Made by a program: the position numbers and the translations under genes. A DNA stretch of 64,000 nt from a virus (taxonomy: Duplodnaviria > Caudoviricetes), in the IMG/VR virus record IMGVR_UViG_3300029288_000005, positions 1 to 64,000 of that record; one strand, 5' to 3'. Under the pieces are notes generated by a model. The model was not told the origin of the DNA. It did not search any database and saw only the letters and a list, made by a program, of their open reading frames with translations. Within the stretch, counting starts at the first letter, position 1, and each line of letters opens with the position of its first letter. Of the stretch, positions 39,300 to 49,000 are shown one piece after another.

Positions 39300-40002
39300 A
39301 ATAAGATTTGGTATTGTTTTGACGTATAAGTGCAACATGGCTTGCAAGGGCTGTAATAGGTTCTTGGATGTAAGGCCATGGGAAGACTCTGATATTACGT
39401 TGGATGGATTGGTTGAGGGATATAATAGGGTACAGGCAACTGGATTGGTTATCCACAAGTGCCGGGTCTCGGGAGGGGAGCCTCTGCTACATCCCAGATT
39501 TGTTGATTGCATGACTATTATACAATCAATGTGGAACCAGAACTATGGTGGGCGTACTTGTGTATTTACAAATGGAAAACTCAACAGACCAGAGCCAGCG
39601 GGATGGCGTTACAATGTGTCAACCAGTGATGGGAAAAGTTACTACTTCCACCCTCCTATGATATCGCCGTATGATCTTGGTATGGAACCACTACAAGGTA
39701 TGACAATAGCTTGTAGAAGGCAGTTGGGGTGTGGGAGATTGTTTGATGCCTTTGGTTTCTCTTTCTGCGTGTTTGCTGGAGCCATTGGTAGATTGTTGGG
39801 AGTAGATCCTTACAGTCCCACACCAGTTGTAGAAGGCATATACGATATCTGTAAGCACTGCGTTTTCTCTCAGGGAATTAAGAAGGCGTTTGTGCTGTTT
39901 GATGCAGCAAACAATGGGGAAATAGAGTATCCCACAAAGTCTTACCAGTCGGCACTGGAGAAAAAGCAAAATTTTCAGTTAAAGAGGTTTTTTGAAAGAT
40001 GA
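39289..40002 (+). CDS. radical SAM protein
   Basis: CNMACKGC, SGGEPLLHP, FTNG, C-terminal Cys cluster. Confidence 0.85.
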   Translation: MPVEIRFGIVLTYKCNMACKGCNRFLDVRPWEDSDITLDGLVEGYNRVQATGLVIHKCRVSGGEPLLHPRFVDCMTIIQSMWNQNYGGRTCVFTNGKLNRPEPAGWRYNVSTSDGKSYYFHPPMISPYDLGMEPLQGMTIACRRQLGCGRLFDAFGFSFCVFAGAIGRLLGVDPYSPTPVVEGIYDICKHCVFSQGIKKAFVLFDAANNGEIEYPTKSYQSALEKKQNFQLKRFFER

Positions 40003-40822
40003 AAAAACAAACACTCATTACTGTACTCAAAGAAACAGCAGAAACTTTAAGAGGAATAAAGTTTAATCCTTACCATGACTCCCTAGGACGTTTTGGAACT
40101 GGTGGAGGTGGTCCTAAGTTGGCTCCTGATACAGGAGGAGGTACTGGAGGTACACGTTCAAATATAGTTGAATTGGAGCAAAAACAAATATCAGATGAAC
40201 TTGAAGATCAAACTGATGAATGGGAGGAAATGCTTTTTGAAGATGCAAGAAAGGCCAATTTGAAACATGGTGTTCCTACTATGGCGGAATCGATAAATAA
40301 ATGGGTGGGTATAGTAGAGCTTTTAGAAAACATATAGCCGAAGAGAATTTTGACGACGAAATAGGGGAGGAGGCAAAGCTATTTATGAAAGCCCTGAAGT
40401 TGGCCCCTGACTATAAAGGTGAGGTGTATAGAGGATTGAAAGCTGATTCTAACCAAGCAAACACTATATTGAAAGCCATAAAGTCTAAAGCTGAGTATTG
40501 GCAGGAGAAAGCTCCTATGTCTTGCTCTTTGGATCCTGAAATTGCAATAAAGTTTGCTGGTGCTCGCAAGGATAAACCGTCTGAGTATGAAGTTCTGCTC
40601 AAAATCAAAACTAAATCAGGCAAGTACCTGGGTTCTTTGAATGAAGGGGGGGAGGAAGAAATCATCGCTATGCCCAAAAAGTACAAAATCAAATCCGCGC
40701 TTAGGCAACAGGAGGCCAATATACATGTTAGATCGGTTTATGGGGACGAAGAGGGAATTGAAAAACCTATTTTGAAGACAAAAGTAACTTTTGATTACAT
40801 TATTGAACTGGAGGAAGTCTAA
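39999..40822 (+). CDS. leader-cassette protein 2: conserved leader + ADP-ribosyltransferase, split by a -1 frameshift at ~40303-40309
   Basis: ORF 39999..40337 carries the leader; ORF 40301..40822 has YRGL, SCS, EEE (R-S-E); one extra G joins them (INKWGGYSRAFRK). Confidence 0.72.
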
Positions 40823-40965
40823 TGTCAAAGCAAAAACACAGAATGGACTTGACCATGGAGGAGGCCCTAGATACCGTAGAGCTACTTGACGAGGATGGCA
40901 ACGTCATTGACTTGGGCACTGCCCAAGAGAAGACAGAGGAAACTAAGAAAACAGATGAAGAGTAA
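40822..40965 (+). CDS. 47-aa acidic protein, candidate immunity protein for the upstream ART
   Basis: Manual: MSKQKHRMDLTMEEALDTVELLDEDGNVIDLGTAQEKTEETKKTDEE*; TAATG coupling with GGAGG RBS. Confidence 0.6.
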   Translation: MSKQKHRMDLTMEEALDTVELLDEDGNVIDLGTAQEKTEETKKTDEE

Positions 40966-41009
40966 TTGTGATGAAAAACAAACGCTCAGTGTTAGCAAAC
41001 TAACAAAGG

Positions 41010-41357
41010 ATGAGAATGAGCATATTAGAAAACCTTCCACATAAATGTTCTGCCTATCTGAAGACCTGTACACAAGGATCTATGGGCGGGGGAAAGGATG
41101 CTCTATCTTTGGTCTTCTCGGATCGAGACTGTTGGAGACAGCCTGCTGGGGACAGTGAACAGGAGTTGGCGTTAAAAAAGGGAATAGATATTACACACAA
41201 GGTGTATTTTGTTGAAAATCCATCGTTGGACAACCGACATGTACTGGTATTTTCCGATGGGACGTACGATGTAACAAGCAGACCATTTCCTGATGCTACC
41301 CTAGGTCTTAGTATTGTGTGGAAGGTAATGGTCAACCACAACTCTGCAAAGGATTGA
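41010..41357 (+). CDS. head closure/stopper protein
   Basis: ..GG......C..QP....E......ITHKVYF...YDV pattern. Confidence 0.7.
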   Translation: MRMSILENLPHKCSAYLKTCTQGSMGGGKDALSLVFSDRDCWRQPAGDSEQELALKKGIDITHKVYFVENPSLDNRHVLVFSDGTYDVTSRPFPDATLGLSIVWKVMVNHNSAKD

Positions 41358-41362
41358 TTATT

Positions 41363-41716
41363 ATGAAAGTTGTCTGTAAAAATCTTGAAGCTTTTAAGAA
41401 GAACCTCACTAGTGCAAGAGATCTTATAGAAGACTCAATCTTTAACTCTACTGTATGGGTAGATACTAGTGAGGTTCTGCAAGGAGAGTTTGGGCAATCT
41501 GTCAAATACCTTATAATCTTACAAATGGGGGCAATAAAGATCTTCCCAAACGGAGGAGAGGCTTTGGTAGAATGTGGAATAGAGTGTGGTTATGACTTCA
41601 GAGACGCCACGCAAGATTATGAGGGAACTGAGAAGGCAGAAGACCTGAAGAAAGAGCTAACTGTATTCTGTGAAGAACAAGGCTTTACGTTGAAGCCTGG
41701 TATGTTGTATGAGTAA
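41363..41716 (+). CDS. hypothetical protein
   Basis: ORF in structural operon. Confidence 0.6.
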   Translation: MKVVCKNLEAFKKNLTSARDLIEDSIFNSTVWVDTSEVLQGEFGQSVKYLIILQMGAIKIFPNGGEALVECGIECGYDFRDATQDYEGTEKAEDLKKELTVFCEEQGFTLKPGMLYE

Positions 41717-41736
41717 CCTAAAAGGAGAACCGAAAG

Positions 41737-42213
41737 ATGTTAGAACATCAAGACAAGAAACAAGCCACCACTCATTTTATTTCTGAGTTCAAAAAAAAGA
41801 CTGAGAAGTGTGATGGTTTTTTAGGTTTCGTAGTTGTGCGAAACCAAGACAAGTTGGAGTTGTGTGTTCGAACAACTCACAACTTTATGCGAAACGACTT
41901 CGTTGCAGTGATTGCACTTCTTGCTGAGAATTTGCAATCTGAGTTGGTTGAGACTAGGGGCATTGGCATGGGTGTGCCCGGTGGGGAAACTCCACAGCCA
42001 CCCAAACCTCTACCTAGAGTAGATAGAGAAGAGCTTCTAAAGTCAATCTTTCCCACCCAACGTTTGCAGGAGAACGAGGCGCCTGGGTTCAACAAGAAAC
42101 CTTTTGATATCCACGAGGGACCAACAAGACTCCCTCAGCAGATTGACAATCCCTTTAACCAGCAGGAAGATAATACCCCTAAGCAAGAAGACAAACCGGG
42201 GGAAGTGCAATGA
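41737..42213 (+). CDS. hypothetical protein, Pro-rich C-terminus
   Basis: AAGGAG RBS. Confidence 0.6.
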   Translation: MLEHQDKKQATTHFISEFKKKTEKCDGFLGFVVVRNQDKLELCVRTTHNFMRNDFVAVIALLAENLQSELVETRGIGMGVPGGETPQPPKPLPRVDREELLKSIFPTQRLQENEAPGFNKKPFDIHEGPTRLPQQIDNPFNQQEDNTPKQEDKPGEVQ

Positions 42214-42587
42214 AGTGGTTGGAATATCTAGGAATACGTTTCAAGTTGCATAGAATCTCTAAAGCTCGACAGATGGCAGAAGCCTGGCAGAAAGAAGCAA
42301 AGTGTCTGCTAAGAAACTTAGAGAAAAAAGAAGAATTGTTGTTACTAGAGTCCTCAACTCTCAAACGTTTGGTTGAAGACGTAGAGAACAACATTCGAGA
42401 AATTAAGTCGTTAAGTGCCAAGTATGAAGTGTCTCTGGAAGCGTTGAGGAATGAGAATAAGGTAATGGCTGAGGTGACCATACCAGCTCTAACTTCAGCG
42501 TGTCAACTGGGACTTGAGCGATGGAATGCGGAGACAGCAATACAAGTGAGAAGGCAAATACTGCCCGAGTCAAAAAGTAAGGAGTAG
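42210..42587 (+). CDS. coiled-coil hypothetical protein
   Basis: ATGA overlap, heptad pattern. Confidence 0.55.
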   Translation: MKWLEYLGIRFKLHRISKARQMAEAWQKEAKCLLRNLEKKEELLLLESSTLKRLVEDVENNIREIKSLSAKYEVSLEALRNENKVMAEVTIPALTSACQLGLERWNAETAIQVRRQILPESKSKE

Positions 42588-44167
42588 TGTGTATGAACGC
42601 TCTAGTAGAATCACTCAACACAAGAAAAGCTTTTATTTCAACTGTAAGAAATCAAGCAATTGAAATGAAGGCTTCTGGTATTACACTAGATATTGGTGGG
42701 GAGGGTACCCTCAGTTCACTGAACGAGTGGCAAAGCAGATCAAAGTACTCCCAACGATATGCTCTGTGTCGAGGCATTGTCTACTCAGCGGTAAATGCAC
42801 TCGCTTCCGAAGGGGCTTCACAGCCCATAGAAGTAAAGCAACACACTAAGAAAAAGAAGCTACGTGGTACGAAGGCTGCTAAAGATGAGTTGGAAGTGTT
42901 GACTGAGCATGTACTAATAGACTGCTTTGAACGACCCAACCCTATACAGAACAAGTGGCAGTTCTTGTATTCGTTTATTGCAAATCTGGCACTCACTGGT
43001 TGGGCGTATATCATAGGAGAGGTAGACGAAGAGGACAAACCAGTCTTCTACAGCATCCCCACAACGTGGATAACACCAGACCATACAAAAGGACCGTTCG
43101 AATCTTTCAAACTACAAAATCCACACAAGCCCGGATCTGCTTCAGAGATGTTGGATAAGCGGAACGTGGGATTTGCTTACTTGCCTGATCCGTCGGACAT
43201 TATGGGAGCACTTTCTCCTGCTTCTACGCAGTTGCCCGCTATCCAGTCCAACGATAACATCTGGCAGAGTAGGTTGCAGTTTTTTAAGAACGGTATTTTT
43301 CCGGGATCTTTGGTTACAGTTGGATCTAATCCACACCCGGGAGTTCCTGCTGGTATACGACCAAGGTTAACAGGTGTGCAGAGGCAACAAGTATACAGCA
43401 TGGTTAAGAAGTTAATGTCTGGAATTGCAAACTACGGGGATCCAGCAATACTTGATGGGTTGATTGAAAAGATTGAACCGTTATCGATGAATAGCAAGGA
43501 GATGGGTTGGGAGAAGTCAGAACCAGCAACCAAGGCAGCAATCCTCAGTGCTTTTTGTGTACATCCCTACATATTGGGAGAAGCAGTGAGCGTGGGAGGT
43601 TATGCTCAAGTAGCAAACATAGAGAAGAGGTTCTATAAGAGGGTCAATACATACTTGTCGATGTTTGATACATTGATGACTTGGTTTGTGCAAGATCTAC
43701 TAGAGGACACTTCGTTAAAAGTGTGTGTGAAAGAATGTAACGCTAGTGACCCCACGTTGGATTGGGCTAACTGGAAGTATGCTCGAAGTAATGGTGATAT
43801 TACACAGAATGAACTTCGAGAAAAGTTGGGCTTGCCCCCTGATGAAGATGATAATCAGAGCGCCATTGCACCACAACTATTAACACCAATCGTACAACTG
43901 TTGGCACAGAAGGCATCTGGTGCTATTACTGTTGAGCAGATAGAGAATATATTGGTGGGTCTGGGTCTACCAACCGACCTAGCCAAGAAGGTGGCTGGAA
44001 AGGACATGCCTCCTCAACAACCTGTAGAAGGTATGGAAAAACCTGGGAAATCCCCAGAAGAGAAACCTACTGAAACAGAGTTACTCAAAGAAGCAGTAAA
44101 TCAGTTTAAGAGTTTGCCCGATAAAGAGATGGGTCGGTTAAAGTCTTTGTTGGAGATAATTGCATAG
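42587..44167 (+). CDS. portal protein (HK97 family)
   Basis: VYSAV..LA, RPNP.Q, L.LTG.AY, GALSP, FFKNG.FPG, I..AF.V.P.ILG, T.NE.RE.LGLPP. Confidence 0.9.
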   Translation: MCMNALVESLNTRKAFISTVRNQAIEMKASGITLDIGGEGTLSSLNEWQSRSKYSQRYALCRGIVYSAVNALASEGASQPIEVKQHTKKKKLRGTKAAKDELEVLTEHVLIDCFERPNPIQNKWQFLYSFIANLALTGWAYIIGEVDEEDKPVFYSIPTTWITPDHTKGPFESFKLQNPHKPGSASEMLDKRNVGFAYLPDPSDIMGALSPASTQLPAIQSNDNIWQSRLQFFKNGIFPGSLVTVGSNPHPGVPAGIRPRLTGVQRQQVYSMVKKLMSGIANYGDPAILDGLIEKIEPLSMNSKEMGWEKSEPATKAAILSAFCVHPYILGEAVSVGGYAQVANIEKRFYKRVNTYLSMFDTLMTWFVQDLLEDTSLKVCVKECNASDPTLDWANWKYARSNGDITQNELREKLGLPPDEDDNQSAIAPQLLTPIVQLLAQKASGAITVEQIENILVGLGLPTDLAKKVAGKDMPPQQPVEGMEKPGKSPEEKPTETELLKEAVNQFKSLPDKEMGRLKSLLEIIA

Positions 44168-45385
44168 ATGAAAAAACAAACACTTATCACTGTACTCAAA
44201 GAAACAGCAGAAACTTTGAGGGGAATAAAGTTCAACCCTTACCACGACTCAGAAGGTAGATTCTCTACAGGCTCGGGATCTGGTGCCCACATGGCTCCTG
44301 ATACAGGAGGAGGCACTGGTGGTGGAAGTAAGTTGGAAGAAAGAAAATTCTCTGATGAACATGTTAATAAACTTGCAAAAGCATGGAAGAATCTGAGCAA
44401 GAAAAAGTCAGAGGCTGAATTGGCTAAGTTGGGGGAGGCTGATAGATTAGAGTTAGCAAAAAAAATCTCATGGGATTTTCATAGGTACAAACCAGAAAGA
44501 AAAGAAGAGGTGTGGAAAACTCTAGGTGATTTAGAAAAGAGTGAGATTATAAAAACACAATCTGCTTTTTGGAATGATCTTAGTGATGCAAAAAAATCAG
44601 AGCTACTGGGTGTAATGAACAATAAAGAAAAAGAGGAGTTGATAAGTGGTGGAAAGCGTGTTAAAGAGGAGATGGAGAAGTTTAATCAAAAGATTCAAAA
44701 TAAGGTGGATGTAATACATTCTCAGGAAGCACAACGAATTAAAGAATCAGAAGATAAATTGATGCCTAGTAAATCAGATTTACTAGATAGACAGAAGGCG
44801 AGGGTTCGAATAGATCCTGAAGAAGGCAGTTTTGATACGTTGGCGGTTTTGCAGAAAAGAAATTACACTAAGAATGTTAGTGATGCTGCTAAAAGTGGAT
44901 TTACTGAATATTCAAGGAGTGAACAAAGTAGAAAAATAAATGGTGCTCTGCGAAAGGGAAAATCTGTAGAAGAAATAAGTCCTGAGATTGCAGAGTTGCA
45001 AAAAGCATGTAAATCCCCACTAGAATCACCCATGATTGTTTATCGAGGAATTGATTCTAAGTTTGCGAGTGAAAATTTTAAGAAAAACACTGTGTATGAA
45101 GCCAAAGGATTTGTCTCAACATCAATGAATCTGGGACAAGCTGTTCGATTTGGAATGGAAGGACTAGCTAAAGAACCTGTAGGAAGCCAAAAAGCTGTTG
45201 CAGTCATGGAAATAAAAGCAAAGAGTGGGTTTTTGGCTGCTCCGGGAGCAGGTGTGCACTCTGGGGAATATGAGGTTTTACAGGCACATAATACACAATA
45301 CAAGTTAATAGGCATTGATAATAGTGTTCCTTTACACAGGGGAAGCAGTGAAAATTTAGTAGTTTATATGTTCGAGGAGGTATAA
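44168..45385 (+). CDS. leader-cassette protein 3: conserved leader + VIP2/Alt-like ADP-ribosyltransferase
   Basis: Leader; then Y.....INGALR, VYRG, GFVSTS, EYEVL. Confidence 0.88.
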   Translation: MKKQTLITVLKETAETLRGIKFNPYHDSEGRFSTGSGSGAHMAPDTGGGTGGGSKLEERKFSDEHVNKLAKAWKNLSKKKSEAELAKLGEADRLELAKKISWDFHRYKPERKEEVWKTLGDLEKSEIIKTQSAFWNDLSDAKKSELLGVMNNKEKEELISGGKRVKEEMEKFNQKIQNKVDVIHSQEAQRIKESEDKLMPSKSDLLDRQKARVRIDPEEGSFDTLAVLQKRNYTKNVSDAAKSGFTEYSRSEQSRKINGALRKGKSVEEISPEIAELQKACKSPLESPMIVYRGIDSKFASENFKKNTVYEAKGFVSTSMNLGQAVRFGMEGLAKEPVGSQKAVAVMEIKAKSGFLAAPGAGVHSGEYEVLQAHNTQYKLIGIDNSVPLHRGSSENLVVYMFEEV

Positions 45386-45387
45386 AG

Positions 45388-45525
45388 ATGAAAAAAGACG
45401 AGAAAAAACCAGAGAATAACGAAGACAGGAAAGTGCGAGCAGAGAGGTTCTACGAAGACGAACCTGATGCGTTTGTTATAGTGAAGCCAAAGAAACAAGA
45501 TGACAAGCAAAGAAACAAAAAGTAA
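45388..45525 (+). CDS. 45-aa protein, candidate immunity protein for the upstream ART
   Basis: Manual: MKKDEKKPENNEDRKVRAERFYEDEPDAFVIVKPKKQDDKQRNKK*; GAGGAGG RBS. Confidence 0.6.
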   Translation: MKKDEKKPENNEDRKVRAERFYEDEPDAFVIVKPKKQDDKQRNKK

Positions 45526-46537
45526 AATAGTTTCTACGTTAGTTGAAACTACTACTCTAGCATTGAAACTAAAGACCAACCTCCTGCAAAAACAGATACG
45601 CAGGAAGGTTACAGATAAGGTTCACAAGTTACAGGTTGCTAAGGTGGAGAACAAGCTAGCGAAAGCCCTAGAACCAGTGTTCAAACAAGAGCTGCTAAAG
45701 TCTGCTGATAGGTTACGGGAGATTGTACCACAAGAGAAAGCAAAAGCCAATCCCGTAGCAGAAGCCATAACAGCACAGGTTCTGTCCCATGACCAGGAAT
45801 TGAAGAATAAGGTAGTCGATGCTGCTGTTCCCATTCTGGCAGTAGAGATGCTAAAGTCCATGAAGATGGTATTTGTGGAGAATGGTAGAAAAGACATCAG
45901 AAACATCCAACAGAAGTTCAACCCCCATCATGACTCTCTAGGTCGTTTTGCTACTGGTTCAGGCTCAGGCGCCCACATGGCTCCTGATACCGGCGGTGGT
46001 ACGGGTGGAGGTTCCCTCTTGGTAGGATCCAGTCAAAGAAACAAAGACGAGCTGTATAAGGAATATCGGGAAGTTTATAAAGAGAAAAAGGGAACAGATC
46101 CTAAAAATAATGAAAATTTGGTAAAAATTGCAGGTGTGAAAATAGTTTGTCCTGGGAATATAAAAAGCACCGCAGAAAGAATGTTGGCCCATGTTATTGC
46201 AGACAGCAAAACTTTGATGGATGGGTTATCGGGAGTGACTGTAACTGTAAAAAACATGGGCCAGCTTTATGGCCAGAGCAAGGGAAACAATCTTTTTGTA
46301 GATGAGAAGGTGGTAAAGGAAAAGGGAGCTGGATTTGGAGCTTCAATTGTAAGGCATGAATTGGAGCATACTTTTCTTACAAGAAAAAAGGTACCATCAG
46401 GAAAACAAGAGCCCAGAGTACGTGCAGTAACAGGCATGTTTGCTGTTGCAAAGTATAGTAGTATGGCAAAAACAAATCCTGCTGATGCAGAAGGGTTTTT
46501 GGCAGCAGCAAAAGCTTCTGGAGTTAAGATAAGATGA
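45500..46537 (+). CDS. helical (MuF N-terminal-like) domain + internal FNPHHD motif + HExxH metallopeptidase-like payload (cassette 4)
   Basis: QK-FNPHHDSLGRF..APDTGGGTGGG at aa ~139-172; IVRHELEH. Confidence 0.72.
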   Translation: MTSKETKSKIVSTLVETTTLALKLKTNLLQKQIRRKVTDKVHKLQVAKVENKLAKALEPVFKQELLKSADRLREIVPQEKAKANPVAEAITAQVLSHDQELKNKVVDAAVPILAVEMLKSMKMVFVENGRKDIRNIQQKFNPHHDSLGRFATGSGSGAHMAPDTGGGTGGGSLLVGSSQRNKDELYKEYREVYKEKKGTDPKNNENLVKIAGVKIVCPGNIKSTAERMLAHVIADSKTLMDGLSGVTVTVKNMGQLYGQSKGNNLFVDEKVVKEKGAGFGASIVRHELEHTFLTRKKVPSGKQEPRVRAVTGMFAVAKYSSMAKTNPADAEGFLAAAKASGVKIR

Positions 46538-47388
46538 GTTATAGTTGGCCTTGTTTATTTGCAGATCTTGATAAAGATTCCATCGAGTTACCAAATGGAT
46601 GGAAGCCATTGAAACCGCTTGATAAAGAGGGCGGTTCTATGTATACAAGAGCAGAAGAAAATGAAAAACAAACACTACTAAAAGCACTCAAAGAAACAGC
46701 TGAAACTCTGAGAACTATCAAGTTCAATCCTTACCACGATTCTTTAGGTAGATTCGCTACAGGTGGGTCGGGAGGAGCTGGTAGGAACTTACAACTATCT
46801 CGTGATATATTGGAGCAAACACAGAAGGATCTTAGGGAACGGAGTTTTCTAGTAGATCGAGATGGAAAAGTTGTATCTGATGTTAGTATTGGGGAAAAAG
46901 AAGAGAACGTACTAGAGTCAGGGGTGGATAGACCATATACAGAGAGTAACAATACCGAGGGGGCGGACTTAAATCTGATACATACACATCCCATTCATAC
47001 TGATGAAGAAAACCCATATACGGGATTGGGTGTGGGGGATGTTCTGAGTCTCAAGAATTCTCCTGGTATAAACAGCATTACAGCCATTGATTTAGATGGT
47101 CGTGTTCATTCCATAACAAGGGCCAGTGATGATAAGGAGTTTTTGAAAAAGTACTGGCTTAGATCGGGGGAAATTGAATCGGATCTGCGGTCTAAGATAA
47201 TCGACGAATTTATTGAGAACAAGATAACAAAAGAAGAAGCCAATAGAAAGAAACGACTAATACCCAAAGATTTGATAAAGCAGCTTCTTAAAGAGGGTTT
47301 GTTATCAAAGGAAGAGGAATGGGATTTGTTGGATGGGAATAAATCTTACAGTCTGAAGTTTAATAACAGTGGAACAGTAAATGCCTAG
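46534..47388 (+). CDS. short N-terminal peptide fused to leader-cassette protein 5 with JAB/MPN-like payload
   Basis: EKQTLLKALKETAETLRTIKFNPYHDSLGRF; payload RERS...IHTHP......GD. Confidence 0.68.
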   Translation: MSYSWPCLFADLDKDSIELPNGWKPLKPLDKEGGSMYTRAEENEKQTLLKALKETAETLRTIKFNPYHDSLGRFATGGSGGAGRNLQLSRDILEQTQKDLRERSFLVDRDGKVVSDVSIGEKEENVLESGVDRPYTESNNTEGADLNLIHTHPIHTDEENPYTGLGVGDVLSLKNSPGINSITAIDLDGRVHSITRASDDKEFLKKYWLRSGEIESDLRSKIIDEFIENKITKEEANRKKRLIPKDLIKQLLKEGLLSKEEEWDLLDGNKSYSLKFNNSGTVNA

Positions 47389-48997
47389 TACAGCATCCGA
47401 GTGGTTGGCAAGTAACCCGAACCAAGTGGCAGAACTACGAGAAGTTCTGATTGCCAATGGTGTCTCTGTTGACTTTTTGACTGAGTATCCCGACTGGATG
47501 TTGGAAAACATAGCACAGCAGTTGACAGACACTTTCTCCCAAAGCTACTGGGACGACATCGAGAAGAGTTATGGAAACGACGTGAACGAGTTACTAAGAG
47601 CTGGTATTCGTAATGGAAAGTCAATGGGTGACATCGCTCAAGAGATGACCGACCTCAGCGACGAGTATGCAGAGTCCCGGGCCATGAACATAGCCCGTAC
47701 GGAATCAGGCCATGCACTGAACGGTGCCAGAAAAGCCTCTATGGATGAGATAGTAAATGATCCACAGCTAGTGGGCACATTACGGCCTACGTGGCAATCG
47801 GCCCTAGGAACCACCACCAGGGATTCGCACGCAATACTGGACGGTGTACCGGCTGATAAAGAGGGAATGTGGACACTGTCAGGCTACAAGATTCCATGGC
47901 CTGCTCATTATAGTCTTCCACCAGGTGAGCGTTGCAACTGTCAGTGCACCATAGTCATAGAGTATGGGTTGCAGGACCTAGAAGCTCGGGATATGATAGA
48001 GCAATACAATCAGCGAGTGGAAGAATATAATAAGGATGTAAGGTTAAGGGAGAAATTCAATCCTTACCACGACTCTCTAGGTAGATTTTCTACTGGTTCA
48101 GGCTCTGGTGCTCATATGGCCCCAGACACTGGTGGGGGTACTGGTGGAGGTTCGTCAGATGGTGGAAAGATGCAAGAGGTGACATATGATAAGGACAGCA
48201 AGAAATGGTTATTAGGTAATGGAAAAGAACTACCTGACAACGTGCCCAGAATACCTCCCGCATGGACTGGTGTACGGGTAAACACCAGCAAGAATGCGGA
48301 TCTGGTAGTAGTGGGTGTGGATGCCAAGGGAAGAAAACAGAGCATATACAGTGAAGCACATTGGACTAAGGCTGCGGAGGTTAAGTTTGCAAGGGTTAAT
48401 GAGTTGCGGTCCAAAGTCAAGAACATCGAAAAAGAAATCAAAGGGGACTTAAAAGTTCCTGAGCGTAAGGAACAAGCAGCCTGCTTGAGGTTGGTTCTGG
48501 AAACAGGTATTAGACCAGGCAGTGACTCAGATACGGGAGCCGCTAAAAAAGCATACGGGGCCACTACATTAGAAGGCAGACATGTAAAGGTGGTCAATGG
48601 TGAAGTTAGACTGCAGTTTGTTGGTAAGAAGGGTGTTGACATTGATATACCCGTAACAAACAAGGCGCTGGTGGCAGACCTGTTAAAGCGAAAGAAGAAG
48701 AGTGGTGATAGTGGTAAGTTATTTAACACAAGCAATAGAAAGCTGCTCCAATATACACACACTAAAGATGGTGGCTCTTTCAAAACAAAGGACTTCCGCA
48801 CTGCCAAAGCCACAACCATGGCCATTAAGTTGGTTAGTTCCATGTCCAAACCCAAAAACCCGAAAGAGTACAAAAAGTCGGTGAAAGAAGTAGCCACGGT
48901 TGTGTCACAGTCGTTGGGTAACACACCCACCATTGCACTACAATCGTACATACACTCAGCAGTGTTTACCAAGTGGCGTGCCTCAGCAGGAGTATAG
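47381..48997 (+). CDS. MuF (SPP1 gp7-like) head morphogenesis domain + FNPYHD motif + DNA topoisomerase IB (cassette 6)
   Basis: RA.NIARTE, W......R.SH..LDG, P....P..RCNCQC; then IPPAW, D.KGR.Q..Y, GIRPG, YGATTL, F.GKKG, KDFRT, LGNTP.IA..SYI. Confidence 0.9.
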   Translation: MPSTASEWLASNPNQVAELREVLIANGVSVDFLTEYPDWMLENIAQQLTDTFSQSYWDDIEKSYGNDVNELLRAGIRNGKSMGDIAQEMTDLSDEYAESRAMNIARTESGHALNGARKASMDEIVNDPQLVGTLRPTWQSALGTTTRDSHAILDGVPADKEGMWTLSGYKIPWPAHYSLPPGERCNCQCTIVIEYGLQDLEARDMIEQYNQRVEEYNKDVRLREKFNPYHDSLGRFSTGSGSGAHMAPDTGGGTGGGSSDGGKMQEVTYDKDSKKWLLGNGKELPDNVPRIPPAWTGVRVNTSKNADLVVVGVDAKGRKQSIYSEAHWTKAAEVKFARVNELRSKVKNIEKEIKGDLKVPERKEQAACLRLVLETGIRPGSDSDTGAAKKAYGATTLEGRHVKVVNGEVRLQFVGKKGVDIDIPVTNKALVADLLKRKKKSGDSGKLFNTSNRKLLQYTHTKDGGSFKTKDFRTAKATTMAIKLVSSMSKPKNPKEYKKSVKEVATVVSQSLGNTPTIALQSYIHSAVFTKWRASAGV

Positions 48998-49000
48998 ACT

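Noticed and set aside
47353-47375. KFNNSG at the end of cassette 5 as another motif copy
   Set aside because: Only three residues match; could be chance.
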